Source: Clostridiales bacterium (GTDB taxonomy: Bacteria > Bacillota > Clostridia > Oscillospirales > QAMX01). Taken from it: a DNA stretch of 30,787 bases. Shown here piece by piece: positions 17,274 to 28,763 of this stretch (position 1 is its first letter; each line of letters begins with the position of its first letter). Location: positions 1 to 30,787 of the forward strand of contig DUUG01000244.1 of the NCBI GenBank assembly GCA_012841675.1, given 5' to 3'. The notes under the pieces were generated by a model, which saw only the letters and a program-made list of their open reading frames with translations, was not told the DNA's origin and made no database searches. A program made the position numbers and the translations under genes.

Positions 17274-17315
17274 ATAAATATAAATGCTACTATTAAATTA
17301 TAGGAGGCAGGCTTC

Positions 17316-18629
17316 GTGCATTCCGCCAACGACGTATTAGCCCACATATTAAACCTGTTAGAAAAGCAAATTACCAAGGTCACTATTGACACTTGGTTTT
17401 CTGATGCCACCGCTGTTGCGTTAAAACAGGATTGTTTTATTATTCGCACTACCTCACCTTTTAAAAAGCAGGTAATTGACAGCCGCTATGGCGATATGGT
17501 TCGCGCCATTTTGCAAGAGCTGTTTTCCGCCGATATGGGCTTTATGGTTTTAGTAGGAGACGAGCTTGATTCCCTTGATTCCTTGGAAGAAGATGAAGTT
17601 CCGTCCGATAAAGACGAGGAGTACTACACCTTTGAAGATTTTGTGGTGGGCTCCTCTAACCGGTTTGCCCATGCGGCGGCTTTGGCCGTGGCCACCAACC
17701 CTGCTCAAACGTACAACCCGCTGTTTATTTACGGCGGGTCCGGTCTTGGCAAAACCCATCTGATTAAGGCCATTGCCCACACTATGCGGCGAGATCGTCC
17801 CGATTTCCGCGTGATTTACATTAAGGGCGATGATTTTATCAACGAGCTGATTAAGGACCTTTCCAACCAGAAAATGGAGGAGTTCCACAATAAGTACCGC
17901 ATGGCCGACCTTCTCCTGCTGGACGATATTCAGTTTATCGCCGGTAAAGAGCAGACGCAGATTGAGTTTTTCCACACCTTCAACGCACTGTACGACGCAA
18001 ATAAGCAAATTGTGATTACGTCTGACCGGCCGCCCAAAGAGCTGTATTCTCTACATAGCCGGCTACAGACACGTTTTGAATGGGGCCTTTTAGCCGATAT
18101 CCAACCGCCGGACTATGAAACCCGCATTGCTATTATCAAGAAAAAAGCGGAAAGAAGCAATATTGAAATTCCGGACAACCTGATTCAGTATATTGCCAAC
18201 AACGTGACGGCCAATATCCGCCAGCTTGAGGGAATTGTCCTTCGCACTAAGGCCTGTCGAGAGCTGTTGCAGGAAGAAATCACCATGGACACCATTAACC
18301 AGGCCATCCGCGACATCCTGAAGGAAAATCCCGGTATGAAGCCGACGGCTTCTATTATTATTTCCGAGGTCTGCAAGTATTACGGCGTTGCCCCTGATCT
18401 TATCAAAAGCAGCAACCGCCGGAAGGATGTGCTCCTCCCTCGTCAGGTGGCTAGCTACATTATGCGCCAGTTGACGGATCTTTCCCTGCCGGAAATCGGA
18501 AAAGAGCTGGGCGGACAGCACTATTCCACCATCATTAACTCCATCGACAGGATTACGGAGAAAATGAAAACCGACCCACTTTTGGAAAATGTTGTCAAGG
18601 ACCTTATCAGCAACATTAGCGAGACTTAG
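17316..18629 (+). CDS. dnaA: Chromosomal replication initiator DnaA
   Basis: YTFEDFVVGSSNRFA, YNPLFIYGGSGLGKTHL, LLLDDIQFIAGK, EFFHTFNALY, RFEWGL, NIRQLEG. Confidence 0.98.
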   Translation: MHSANDVLAHILNLLEKQITKVTIDTWFSDATAVALKQDCFIIRTTSPFKKQVIDSRYGDMVRAILQELFSADMGFMVLVGDELDSLDSLEEDEVPSDKDEEYYTFEDFVVGSSNRFAHAAALAVATNPAQTYNPLFIYGGSGLGKTHLIKAIAHTMRRDRPDFRVIYIKGDDFINELIKDLSNQKMEEFHNKYRMADLLLLDDIQFIAGKEQTQIEFFHTFNALYDANKQIVITSDRPPKELYSLHSRLQTRFEWGLLADIQPPDYETRIAIIKKKAERSNIEIPDNLIQYIANNVTANIRQLEGIVLRTKACRELLQEEITMDTINQAIRDILKENPGMKPTASIIISEVCKYYGVAPDLIKSSNRRKDVLLPRQVASYIMRQLTDLSLPEIGKELGGQHYSTIINSIDRITEKMKTDPLLENVVKDLISNISET

Positions 18630-18830
18630 TTTCCACATAGTTCTCCATAATCCCCATATAGTTTTCCACATGATCCACAGGCAAGGATAATTTTCAATTG
18701 TCATGGAAATTGGCGCAGACTTTTCCACAAGAGGAAAAGAATCCCTGTTCCTTTGGGAAAATATGGTTTCCGCTTTTTTCCACAGTTTCCCTTACTTCTA
18801 CTACTATGATGATAAATAAATAACTCTATA
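18629..18830 (+). other. oriC: DnaA boxes, DnaA-trios and AT-rich unwinding element
   Basis: TTTTCCACA at 18662, 18721 and 18776, TGATCCACA at 18671 and GTTTCCACA at 18629. After the last box comes TTA-CTT-CTA-CTA-CTA (18792-18806) and then TGATGATAAATAAATAACT. This resembles the B. subtilis box/trio/AT-rich layout between dnaA and dnaN. Confidence 0.9.
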
Positions 18831-18848
18831 ATCCCCGGAGGGACTATT

Positions 18849-19952
18849 ATGTTAAAATTCAGCTGTGAGAAGGATGCATTGGCCGAAGGCATCGCCGCTG
18901 CCGGCAGAGCCGTATCCCCCAAAAGCACCTACCCCGCTTTGGAAGGACTTTTGCTGTCCGCTTCCGAAGACGGTTTGCGGATGACCGGTTACAATTTGGA
19001 AATCGGCATTACCCACATTTGCGAAGCTGATGTATATGTTCCCGGAGCGTCCATTGTCAACGCACGTTATTTTTCCGATATTGTTCGCAAACTGCCCAAC
19101 GATCGGATCCTCGTGGAAATTGACGATGACAACGGGATCGCTATTCGCTGCGGCTTTGCAAAATTTGATCTTTTGGCCATGCCGGCAGAGGAATTCCCCG
19201 AATTGCCTGTAGTAGAAAGCAGCCAAAGCCTTTCTATTTCCGCCGGTGTGTTAAAATCCATGATTTCCGAAGCGGTGTATGCCGTTTCCACCAGCGAACA
19301 CAAGCCTGTTTTAACCGGCGCTTTGTTTGATGTTTTAGACGGGGCTTTGCGGGTTGTTGCCACTGACGGCAACCGCCTTGCCTTAAGAGAAGAAAAAGTT
19401 GACCACGGTCAAAACCCGTTCCGCTTTATCGTTCCCGCAGCCACCCTTCGGGAAGTGGAGCGTTTGACCAAAGACGAGGACAAAACCATTACCCTCCAGC
19501 TTTCTAGAAAGCATATAACCATGGAGTTTGGGCAGACGAGGCTTATTTCCCGCCTGTTAGAGGGCGATTTCTACAAGTATGAAAACGCCCTTACTGTGCA
19601 GCCGGCCAACGAGCTTCTGATCTCCGTGGACGATTTTACGGAAAGTTTAGAGCGGGTTTCCCTTTTGATTAACGAAAAAATGAAAAACGCCGTTCGTTGT
19701 TACTTTGAGCACAACATGATTAAGCTGACTTACGTTTCCACCATCGGCCGGGCGTATGACGAATGCCGAGCGGAGGGAAGTGTTCAGGCCATGGAAATCG
19801 GCCTTTCCAACCGCTATCTGCTGGATGCGCTGCATTCCATTCGGGACGAAAAGGCAATCATTGCGTTTAACGCCCCGCATGCGCCCTTTATTATCCGGCC
19901 CGTAGAGGACACCAAGTTCTTTCACATGATTGCACCAGTTCGGCTTAGCTAA
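18849..19952 (+). CDS. dnaN: DNA polymerase III beta sliding clamp
   Basis: GYNLEIGI, KPVLTGALF, VATDGNRLA, SRLLEGDF, MIAPVRL. Downstream of oriC. Confidence 0.97.
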   Translation: MLKFSCEKDALAEGIAAAGRAVSPKSTYPALEGLLLSASEDGLRMTGYNLEIGITHICEADVYVPGASIVNARYFSDIVRKLPNDRILVEIDDDNGIAIRCGFAKFDLLAMPAEEFPELPVVESSQSLSISAGVLKSMISEAVYAVSTSEHKPVLTGALFDVLDGALRVVATDGNRLALREEKVDHGQNPFRFIVPAATLREVERLTKDEDKTITLQLSRKHITMEFGQTRLISRLLEGDFYKYENALTVQPANELLISVDDFTESLERVSLLINEKMKNAVRCYFEHNMIKLTYVSTIGRAYDECRAEGSVQAMEIGLSNRYLLDALHSIRDEKAIIAFNAPHAPFIIRPVEDTKFFHMIAPVRLS

Positions 19953-19979
19953 CGGCATAGAAAAGGAGTACCTATAACC

Positions 19980-20195
19980 ATGGAACAGATTGGAATTCAT
20001 ACAGAATTTATTAAGCTTGACGCTTTTTTAAAGCTGGCAGGCGTCATTCAAACTGGCGGCCAGGCCAGAGAGCTCATTGATAAACAGCTGGTGTTTGTCA
20101 ACGGTGAGACGTGTACCCAACGGGGCAAAAAGCTTCGTCCCGGCGACTCGGTAGTTTACGACGGACAAGAATACCGTGTTGTAGCCGAGGCATGA
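19980..20195 (+). CDS. yaaA: S4-domain RNA-binding protein YaaA
   Basis: IHTEFIKLDAFLKLAG..QTGGQA..I....VFVNGE..TQRGKKLRPGD. Confidence 0.93.
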   Translation: MEQIGIHTEFIKLDAFLKLAGVIQTGGQARELIDKQLVFVNGETCTQRGKKLRPGDSVVYDGQEYRVVAEA

Positions 20196-21310
20196 ACGTT
20201 ATAACAGTAACCCTTTCCCATTTTCGGAATTTTTCCGAAGAAACCATACACTTGCACCCTGGCATTAACCTTTTTTCCGGGCAAAACGCTCAGGGAAAGA
20301 CGAATTTGTTGGAAAGCCTGTTTTATCTTTCTACCTTGCGGCCTTTGCGCCCTGTGAAAGAACGAGAAATGATCCAATTCGGCTTTCCCGAGGCGAAGGT
20401 TACTGCCAAAATTTGCTCTTTTCAGAGAGAACAATGTCTTTCCGTTGGTTTATCCAAAGAAAAACGGAGAGTTCTTTGCAAAAATGGGGTTTTGCAGAGA
20501 AAGGTGCAGGATTTTACAGGAACGCTGCAAAGCGTTTTCTTTTCTCCTGACGATCTTCTTTTGATAAAAGAAGGGCCGGCCGGACGCCGGCGCATGATCG
20601 ATTTGGCCCTTTCGCAGCTTCGGCCGCGGTATGCGGGGATTTTGACCGAATACAATCGGCTGCTGGAGCAGAAGGGGAAAATTTTAAAGCAGGCGGAGGA
20701 AAAGCCCTCCCTGCTGGAGCTTTTGCCGGTCTACAACGAGAAAATGGTCCAGGCCGCAGGGCAGATTATCGCCTTCCGCCATGCCTATTGCAAGCTTTTA
20801 AGCCAATATTGCGAAAGGATTCACCACAATATTTCAGGCGGAAAGGATACGTTAAAGCTTGCCTACACATCCCTTTCCAACCTGCCCGACACAAGCCTTC
20901 CGCCGGAGCAGCTTACAATCCTTGCCAGGGAACACATGAACGCCCACAGCAAGGCGGAGCTTGCTTCCAAAATGTGTCTTTCCGGGCCACACAAGGACGA
21001 TTTGCAAATTTTCATCAACGAAACGCCGGCCAAAAGCTTCGGATCCCAAGGGCAGATACGGACGGCGGTGCTTTCGTTAAAGCTAGCGGAAAGGGATATT
21101 TTAAAAAAAGAGACGGGCCAGTCGCCGGTTCTGCTGCTGGATGATGTGCTTTCTGAGCTGGATTCCAAGCGGCAGGATTTTGTTCTAAACCGGATTGCCG
21201 GCGGTCAGGTCTTAATCTCCTGCTGCTCCATTGACCGTTCGGCCAGGGCCTATGCCGGAAAGCAATTTTCTGTTGTCAACGGAAGCATCCGGGAATGTAC
21301 GGATTTTTGA
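20192..21310 (+). CDS. recF: DNA replication/repair protein RecF
   Basis: GQNAQGKTNLLES, VFFSPDDL, GPHKDD, GSQGQIRT, LLLDDVLSELD. Start ATG 20192 overlaps the yaaA stop (ATGA). Confidence 0.96.
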   Translation: MNVITVTLSHFRNFSEETIHLHPGINLFSGQNAQGKTNLLESLFYLSTLRPLRPVKEREMIQFGFPEAKVTAKICSFQREQCLSVGLSKEKRRVLCKNGVLQRKVQDFTGTLQSVFFSPDDLLLIKEGPAGRRRMIDLALSQLRPRYAGILTEYNRLLEQKGKILKQAEEKPSLLELLPVYNEKMVQAAGQIIAFRHAYCKLLSQYCERIHHNISGGKDTLKLAYTSLSNLPDTSLPPEQLTILAREHMNAHSKAELASKMCLSGPHKDDLQIFINETPAKSFGSQGQIRTAVLSLKLAERDILKKETGQSPVLLLDDVLSELDSKRQDFVLNRIAGGQVLISCCSIDRSARAYAGKQFSVVNGSIRECTDF

Positions 21311-21325
21311 GAAAGGGATGATGGT

Positions 21326-23507
<2,182 letters not shown>

Positions 23508-23578
23508 GCCGGTGAAGCGACGTAACGGTAAGCGGTGAATTATAATTTATTCGCTTAATCCGGAAAAAACCGCAGGAA

Positions 23579-26191
23579 ATGGAGAATAACACCGCAATGG
23601 ATTACGAAAATCAAAAAATTGTAGATATAGATATAGAGCGCGAAGTTAAAAAATCCTTCATGGAATACGCCATGTCGGTTATTGTAAGCCGAGCTTTGCC
23701 CGATGTTCGTGACGGGTTAAAGCCGGTTCAGCGCCGCATTTTATATACCATGCACGAAACGGGGTTAACGCCCGATAAGGCGTACCGCAAGTCGGTTACG
23801 GCGGTGGGTGACGTTTTAGGTAAATACCATCCCCACGGCGAAACCTCGGTGTACGATGCCATGGTGCGAATGGCGCAGGATTTTTCCCTTCGCTATCCTT
23901 TAATCGACGGTCACGGTAACTTCGGTTCCGTCGACGGCGACCCTGCCGCGGCGTACCGCTACACGGAAGCCCGCATGACGAGGCTTTCCCTTGAAATGCT
24001 TCGCGATATCGACAAGGAAACCGTAGACTACCGGCCTAACTTTGATGGAACGCGCAAAGAGCCTGTTGTTTTGCCCAGCCGTTTTCCCAATTTGCTGGTC
24101 AACGGCTCGTCGGGTATTGCCGTAGGCATGGCAACCAACATTCCCCCTCATAATTTGGGGGAAGTGGTGGATGCCACCTTGTATAGGCTGGAAAACCCCG
24201 ATTGTTCCATGGAAGAGCTTATGCACTTTGTGCCGGGCCCGGATTTTCCCACAGGCGGCGTCATTTTGGGCCGATCGGGGATCCGTGCCGCTTACGCAAC
24301 GGGCAAGGGACGCATTAAAGTCCGCGCAAAGGCGGAAATTATCGAGCTGGAAAACGGGAAGAGCCAGATTTTAATTACGGAAATTCCCTACATGGTCAAT
24401 AAGTCTCGCCTTTGCGAAAATATTGGCGATTTGGTCAAGGAAAAGAGAATCGAAGGCATTACCGCCATCCGTGACGAAACAAGCCGCCACGGCATGCGGA
24501 TTGTCATAGAAACCCATAGAAACGCCAACGCGCAAGTGATTTTAAACCAGCTTTACAGATTCACCCAGATGGAAGAAACCTTTGCCGTCAATATGATTGC
24601 GCTGTCGGACGGTGCGCCTAAGCTTATGGGCTTAATGCGCGTTATTGACGAGTATTTGGCTCATCAGAAGAACATTATCGTCCGCCGCACCACGTACGAT
24701 TTAAATCGTGCGTTAGAGCGGGCGCATATTCTGGCCGGTCTGCGCATTGCCGTTGACAACATCGAAGAAGTGATTCGCTTGATCCGCGCTTCTTCCTCTC
24801 TGGCCGATGCCAAAGCGGCCTTGATGGAGCGGTTTTCCGCCGTGGATGTTTCCAATCTGCTTCGTGTAAGCGAGGCAGGGTTTGATGACTCTGTGGACCT
24901 TGGGAAAGGTCTTTCCGAGGCACAGGCGTCCGCCATTGTGGCAATGACCCTTGGCCAGCTGACTGGTTTGGGCGTTGACAAAATCGAAAAAGAATTCTTT
25001 GATAAAATGCATTCTATCCGCGAATGCAATTTGATTTTAAGTTCGGAAGAGCGGATTCGCGACATTATCAAAGAAGAAATGACGGAAGTCAAGCGGAGAT
25101 TTGGCGACGAGCGGCGAACCAGCATAGAAGATGTTTACGATGATATTGATATAGAAGATCTGATAGAAGAAGAAAACTGCGTCTATACGCTGACCTACCG
25201 CGGTTATATTAAGCGCTGTTCCACGGACACGTATCGGGCCCAGCGCCGCGGCGGCCGCGGTGTGGCCGGTATGACCGTGCGGGATGAGGATGTGGCAGAG
25301 ACGCTCTTTGTCGGTTCGACTCATGACCATATTCTGTTCTTTACGTCGGCCGGGCGGGTGTATCGCCTGAAGGGGTACCAGATCCCTGAAGCCGGTCGGA
25401 CGGCCAAAGGAACCAATATTGTCAACCTTTTGCAGCTGGAGGAAAACGAGCGGGTAACGGCCATGCGCCGCATTGACGAGTTTGACGAAGATCAGTATCT
25501 CGTCATGGTAACCCGCCTGGGAACCGTTAAACGGCTTGCCCTTTCCGATTTAACCAACATCCGCCGTTCCGGCATTCGCGCTTTGACGCTGGATGAAAAT
25601 GACAGTTTGATCCGCGTGTTGTTGACGAATGGCAACGAGGATATTATAATCGGAACTAAAAAGGGGCAGGCAGTCCGTTTCCATGAGGATAGAGTCCGCG
25701 TCATGGGAAGAACGGCTATGGGCGTGCGCGGTATTCGCTTAGCCGATGACGACGAGGTGGTCGGCGCGGCGGTGGTACAGCCCGGCGAATACGTCCTGAC
25801 GGTGACAGAGCTTGGCTATGGCAAGCTTACGCCGGAAGTAGACTTTCCGACGCATAACCGCGGCGGAAAGGGTGTGCTGCTGCACAATCTGACGGAGAAA
25901 ACCGGCTCTGATGTGGCCGGCCTTCTGATGACGGATTTAGCCAACGACCTGATGATGATTACCAGCGAGGGAACCATGATTCGCACACCTGTGGAAAGCA
26001 TCCGCATTTGCGGCCGGAACTCCCAGGGTGTCATTGTAATGCGCACTATGAAGGGCGAAACGGTGATTTCCCTTGCCTTGACCGAGCCGGAAGAGGACGA
26101 AATGGAAGATCCCGACGAGGAAAACCAGGAAGAAAAGCAGGTAGAAGAAAACCAGACGGAAGATTCCAACGAAACGGATGAAACGGAATAA
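23579..26191 (+). CDS. gyrA: DNA gyrase subunit A
   Basis: [28 protein letters not shown], GyrA-box QRRGGRG, acidic tail. The start may be 23597 instead. Confidence 0.97.
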   Translation: MENNTAMDYENQKIVDIDIEREVKKSFMEYAMSVIVSRALPDVRDGLKPVQRRILYTMHETGLTPDKAYRKSVTAVGDVLGKYHPHGETSVYDAMVRMAQDFSLRYPLIDGHGNFGSVDGDPAAAYRYTEARMTRLSLEMLRDIDKETVDYRPNFDGTRKEPVVLPSRFPNLLVNGSSGIAVGMATNIPPHNLGEVVDATLYRLENPDCSMEELMHFVPGPDFPTGGVILGRSGIRAAYATGKGRIKVRAKAEIIELENGKSQILITEIPYMVNKSRLCENIGDLVKEKRIEGITAIRDETSRHGMRIVIETHRNANAQVILNQLYRFTQMEETFAVNMIALSDGAPKLMGLMRVIDEYLAHQKNIIVRRTTYDLNRALERAHILAGLRIAVDNIEEVIRLIRASSSLADAKAALMERFSAVDVSNLLRVSEAGFDDSVDLGKGLSEAQASAIVAMTLGQLTGLGVDKIEKEFFDKMHSIRECNLILSSEERIRDIIKEEMTEVKRRFGDERRTSIEDVYDDIDIEDLIEEENCVYTLTYRGYIKRCSTDTYRAQRRGGRGVAGMTVRDEDVAETLFVGSTHDHILFFTSAGRVYRLKGYQIPEAGRTAKGTNIVNLLQLEENERVTAMRRIDEFDEDQYLVMVTRLGTVKRLALSDLTNIRRSGIRALTLDENDSLIRVLLTNGNEDIIIGTKKGQAVRFHEDRVRVMGRTAMGVRGIRLADDDEVVGAAVVQPGEYVLTVTELGYGKLTPEVDFPTHNRGGKGVLLHNLTEKTGSDVAGLLMTDLANDLMMITSEGTMIRTPVESIRICGRNSQGVIVMRTMKGETVISLALTEPEEDEMEDPDEENQEEKQVEENQTEDSNETDETE

Positions 26192-26234
26192 TCGGGCAGG
26201 GTAAAATGCCCTTCATCCTAAAATAGAAAATGAA

Positions 26235-26263
26235 TTGCAAAAATGTAATAAAATTTGCATAAT
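26235..26263 (+). promoter_or_regulatory. Candidate sigmaA promoter for rnhA-iscS-iscU
   Basis: TTGCAA (26235-26240)-N17-CATAAT (26258-26263), then AGGAG and ATG 26286. Confidence 0.55.
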
Positions 26264-26285
26264 AGTCCTATAATAGGAGAAAATA

Positions 26286-26738
26286 ATGCAAAAAAGAAAG
26301 AAAGTTACGATTTATACCGACGGGGCTTGTTCCGGAAACCCCGGGCCGGGTGGTTATGGCGTTATTTTGCAATACGGCGAATTTGAAAAGGAAATATCCG
26401 GCGGAGAACCGGAGACGACCAACAACCGGATGGAGCTTATGGGTGTTATCACCGGCCTATCCGCGTTGAAAGAGCCTTGTGATGTGACGCTGTATACCGA
26501 TTCTCAATATATCGTTAACGGAATGAACCAAGGCTGGGCGGAAAAGTGGCAAAAAAACGGGTGGATGCGCAACAAAAAAGAACCAGCCTTAAACCCTGAC
26601 CTTTGGGAGCGGCTGCTTACACTTTGCAAAACCCACCGTGTCACTTTTCACTGGGTTAAGGGACATGCCGATAACCCCTATAACAACCGCTGCGATGCAT
26701 TGGCTGTGGCTGCGGCGCAGAAGTATAAAAGCCGATAA
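26286..26738 (+). CDS. rnhA: Ribonuclease HI
   Basis: [44 protein letters not shown]. Confidence 0.97.
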   Translation: MQKRKKVTIYTDGACSGNPGPGGYGVILQYGEFEKEISGGEPETTNNRMELMGVITGLSALKEPCDVTLYTDSQYIVNGMNQGWAEKWQKNGWMRNKKEPALNPDLWERLLTLCKTHRVTFHWVKGHADNPYNNRCDALAVAAAQKYKSR

Positions 26739-26797
26739 CCTTATAGGCCAATCACCGTAGTTTAGTCTCTCGAAGCCAAAGAGAAGGAAGGTACCCT

Positions 26798-27979
26798 ATG
26801 GACAAAAATGATTTTTCCGCCTATGTGTATGCCGATAATGCGGCAACAACAAGGCTGTCCGATACGGCTTTAGAGGCGATGCTGCCGTATATGACCGCAT
26901 ATTACGGCAACCCCTCTTCCATTTATTCTTTTTCCCACGAAAGCCGCAAGGCCCTTTCGGCTGCGCGAAGCGATGTGGCCGCGGTGTTAAACGCCGATCC
27001 GTCGGAAATTATCTTTACAAGCGGCGGAACCGAGTCTGACAACCATGCCGTTGTCGGTGCGGCAAGAGCTAATGTGGCCAAGGGGAAACATTTGATTACC
27101 TCCACCATTGAGCATCACGCTTTGCTTCACACTATGAAGCAGTTGGAGAAGGAAGGCTATTCCGTCACGTATGTGCCGGTGGACGGGGAAGGAACGGTGG
27201 ACGTAGAGGCGTTAAAAGCCGCCGTCCGTCCCGATACGACGGTTATCTCCATTATGATGGCCAACAACGAAGTGGGCACCATCCAGCCCATTGCGGAAAT
27301 CGGCGCTTTTGCCAAAAGCAAGGGCATCTTGTTCCATACGGACGCTGTGCAGGCCGTGGGTCATATCCCGGTGGACGTAAAGGAATTGAACGTGGACATG
27401 CTTTCCCTCAGCGGCCATAAGTTCCACGGCCCAAAAGGCGTCGGCGCTTTATACCTGCGCAAGGGCGTTCGCATACTGCCCTTAATGCAGGGCGGCGGGC
27501 AAGAGCGGGGTCGCCGTTCGGGAACAGAGAACGTGGCCGGTGCTGTGGGCCTTGCGGCGGCATTAAAGGAAGCCGCTTCCCAAATGGAAACGGAAGCCGC
27601 TCGCTTAAAGGCTCTTGTGGCTCGGCTGGATGAAGGGATACTAAAAATTCCCTACACAAAGAAAACGGGTCATCCCACCAACCGTCTGCCGGGGCTTGCC
27701 AGCTATACGGTGGAATTCATTGAAGGAGAGTCCATGATACTGCATTTGGACATCCGCGGTATTGCCGCCTCCACCGGTTCGGCGTGTTCCACCGGTTCTT
27801 TAGACCCGTCCCACGTTTTAATGGCCATGGGGCTGACCCATGAGGTGGCCCACGGAAGCCTCCGGCTGTCCCTTGGCAAATATTCAACCGATGCAGATGT
27901 TGACAAAATTTTGGCAGAGCTTCCCGAGGTGGTGGCGCTTTTGCGCCGTATGTCGCCTGTTTGGCCCGGCCTTGAATGA
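26798..27979 (+). CDS. iscS: Cysteine desulfurase IscS/NifS
   Basis: YADNAATT, IFTSGGTESDN, HTDAVQA, SGHKFHGPKG, STGSACS, PSHVL. Confidence 0.93.
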   Translation: MDKNDFSAYVYADNAATTRLSDTALEAMLPYMTAYYGNPSSIYSFSHESRKALSAARSDVAAVLNADPSEIIFTSGGTESDNHAVVGAARANVAKGKHLITSTIEHHALLHTMKQLEKEGYSVTYVPVDGEGTVDVEALKAAVRPDTTVISIMMANNEVGTIQPIAEIGAFAKSKGILFHTDAVQAVGHIPVDVKELNVDMLSLSGHKFHGPKGVGALYLRKGVRILPLMQGGGQERGRRSGTENVAGAVGLAAALKEAASQMETEAARLKALVARLDEGILKIPYTKKTGHPTNRLPGLASYTVEFIEGESMILHLDIRGIAASTGSACSTGSLDPSHVLMAMGLTHEVAHGSLRLSLGKYSTDADVDKILAELPEVVALLRRMSPVWPGLE

Positions 27980-27992
27980 AAGAGGGAATACG

Positions 27993-28454
27993 ATGTATAC
28001 TGAGAAAGTAATGGACCATTTTATGAATCCCCGTAACGTCGGCACCATAGAGGACGCCAATGGCGTAGGCCAAGTAGGCAATTTAAAGTGCGGCGACATT
28101 ATGAAGATTTTTTTGAAGATAGAGAACGACGTCATTGTGGATGTTAAGTTCCAAACCTTTGGCTGTGCCGCCGCTGTGGCAACCAGCTCCATGGCGACAG
28201 AGCTGATTAAAGGGAAAACCGTTCAGGAAGCCTTGCAGCTTACAAATCGCGCTGTGGTAGAAGCACTGGACGACCTGCCGCCGATGAAAATGCATTGCTC
28301 TGTGCTGGCAGAGGAAGCCGTCAAATCCGCTTTGGCAGATTACTATCAGCGACAAGGCTTAGATCCCATCCCTATCGTAGGCTGTACAGGCAACTGTGAC
28401 GCCTGCCATTCTGATCACGCCCATGACCACGGACGTAGTGACGAGGAAGAATAA
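27993..28454 (+). CDS. iscU: Fe-S cluster scaffold IscU/NifU-like protein with a Cys/His-rich tail
   Basis: MYTEKVMDHFMNPRNVG, KCGDIM, FQTFGCAAA, KMHCSVLA. Start ATG 27993 after AGAGGG. Confidence 0.92.
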   Translation: MYTEKVMDHFMNPRNVGTIEDANGVGQVGNLKCGDIMKIFLKIENDVIVDVKFQTFGCAAAVATSSMATELIKGKTVQEALQLTNRAVVEALDDLPPMKMHCSVLAEEAVKSALADYYQRQGLDPIPIVGCTGNCDACHSDHAHDHGRSDEEE

Positions 28455-28492
28455 AAGAAAAAACGCCGGGAAACCGGCGTTTTTTCTTTTAT
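28451..28492 (+). terminator. Intrinsic terminator after iscU
   Basis: 19-bp inverted repeat ATAAAAGAAAAAACGCCGG-GAAA-CCGGCGTTTTTTCTTTTAT. Confidence 0.92.
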
Positions 28493-28569
28493 ATTGTGTA
28501 TATAGGAAACCTGAAACTATTTGATAATTGCATTAAGCAGAACAAAAAAATACCGGCGCAGGTCATATA

Positions 28570-28585
28570 TGTTTCACGTGAAACA
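28570..28585. promoter_or_regulatory. parS site 1
   Basis: TGTTTCACGTGAAACA, a perfect palindrome matching the Firmicute parS consensus. Confidence 0.95.
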
Positions 28586-28656
28586 TAGAAACGCTTATTA
28601 CGTCTATTGGCGAAGAAGATGCATTACAAAATCAGCAATCATGAAAAACCTACATT

Positions 28657-28672
28657 TGTTTCACGTGAAACA
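28657..28672. promoter_or_regulatory. parS site 2
   Basis: TGTTTCACGTGAAACA, identical to site 1 and offset by 87 bp. Confidence 0.95.
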
Positions 28673-28687
28673 GCCGGATGCCGCGCC

Positions 28688-28716
28688 TTGCAAACCCATG
28701 TCTTCCATGATATAAT
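28688..28716 (+). promoter_or_regulatory. sigmaA promoter for parAB
   Basis: TTGCAA (28688-28693)-N17-TATAAT (28711-28716), with an extended -10 TG at 28708-28709. Confidence 0.8.
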
Positions 28717-28763
28717 AACCGAGTAAGCGGGCGAAGTGCCCAACTATTTGAGGGGGGAAATGC

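Noticed and set aside
17968-17976. TTTTCCACA box inside dnaA
   Set aside because: It is explained by the codons of the conserved EFFHTF motif, and there is no independent evidence of function.
26090-26191. Low-complexity GAA-rich repeat at the gyrA 3' end
   Set aside because: It encodes the ordinary acidic GyrA tail and is not a DNA repeat element.
28521-28715. 64-aa ORF upstream of parA
   Set aside because: It overlaps both parS sites and the parA promoter. The repeated FHVK peptide is just the translated parS.
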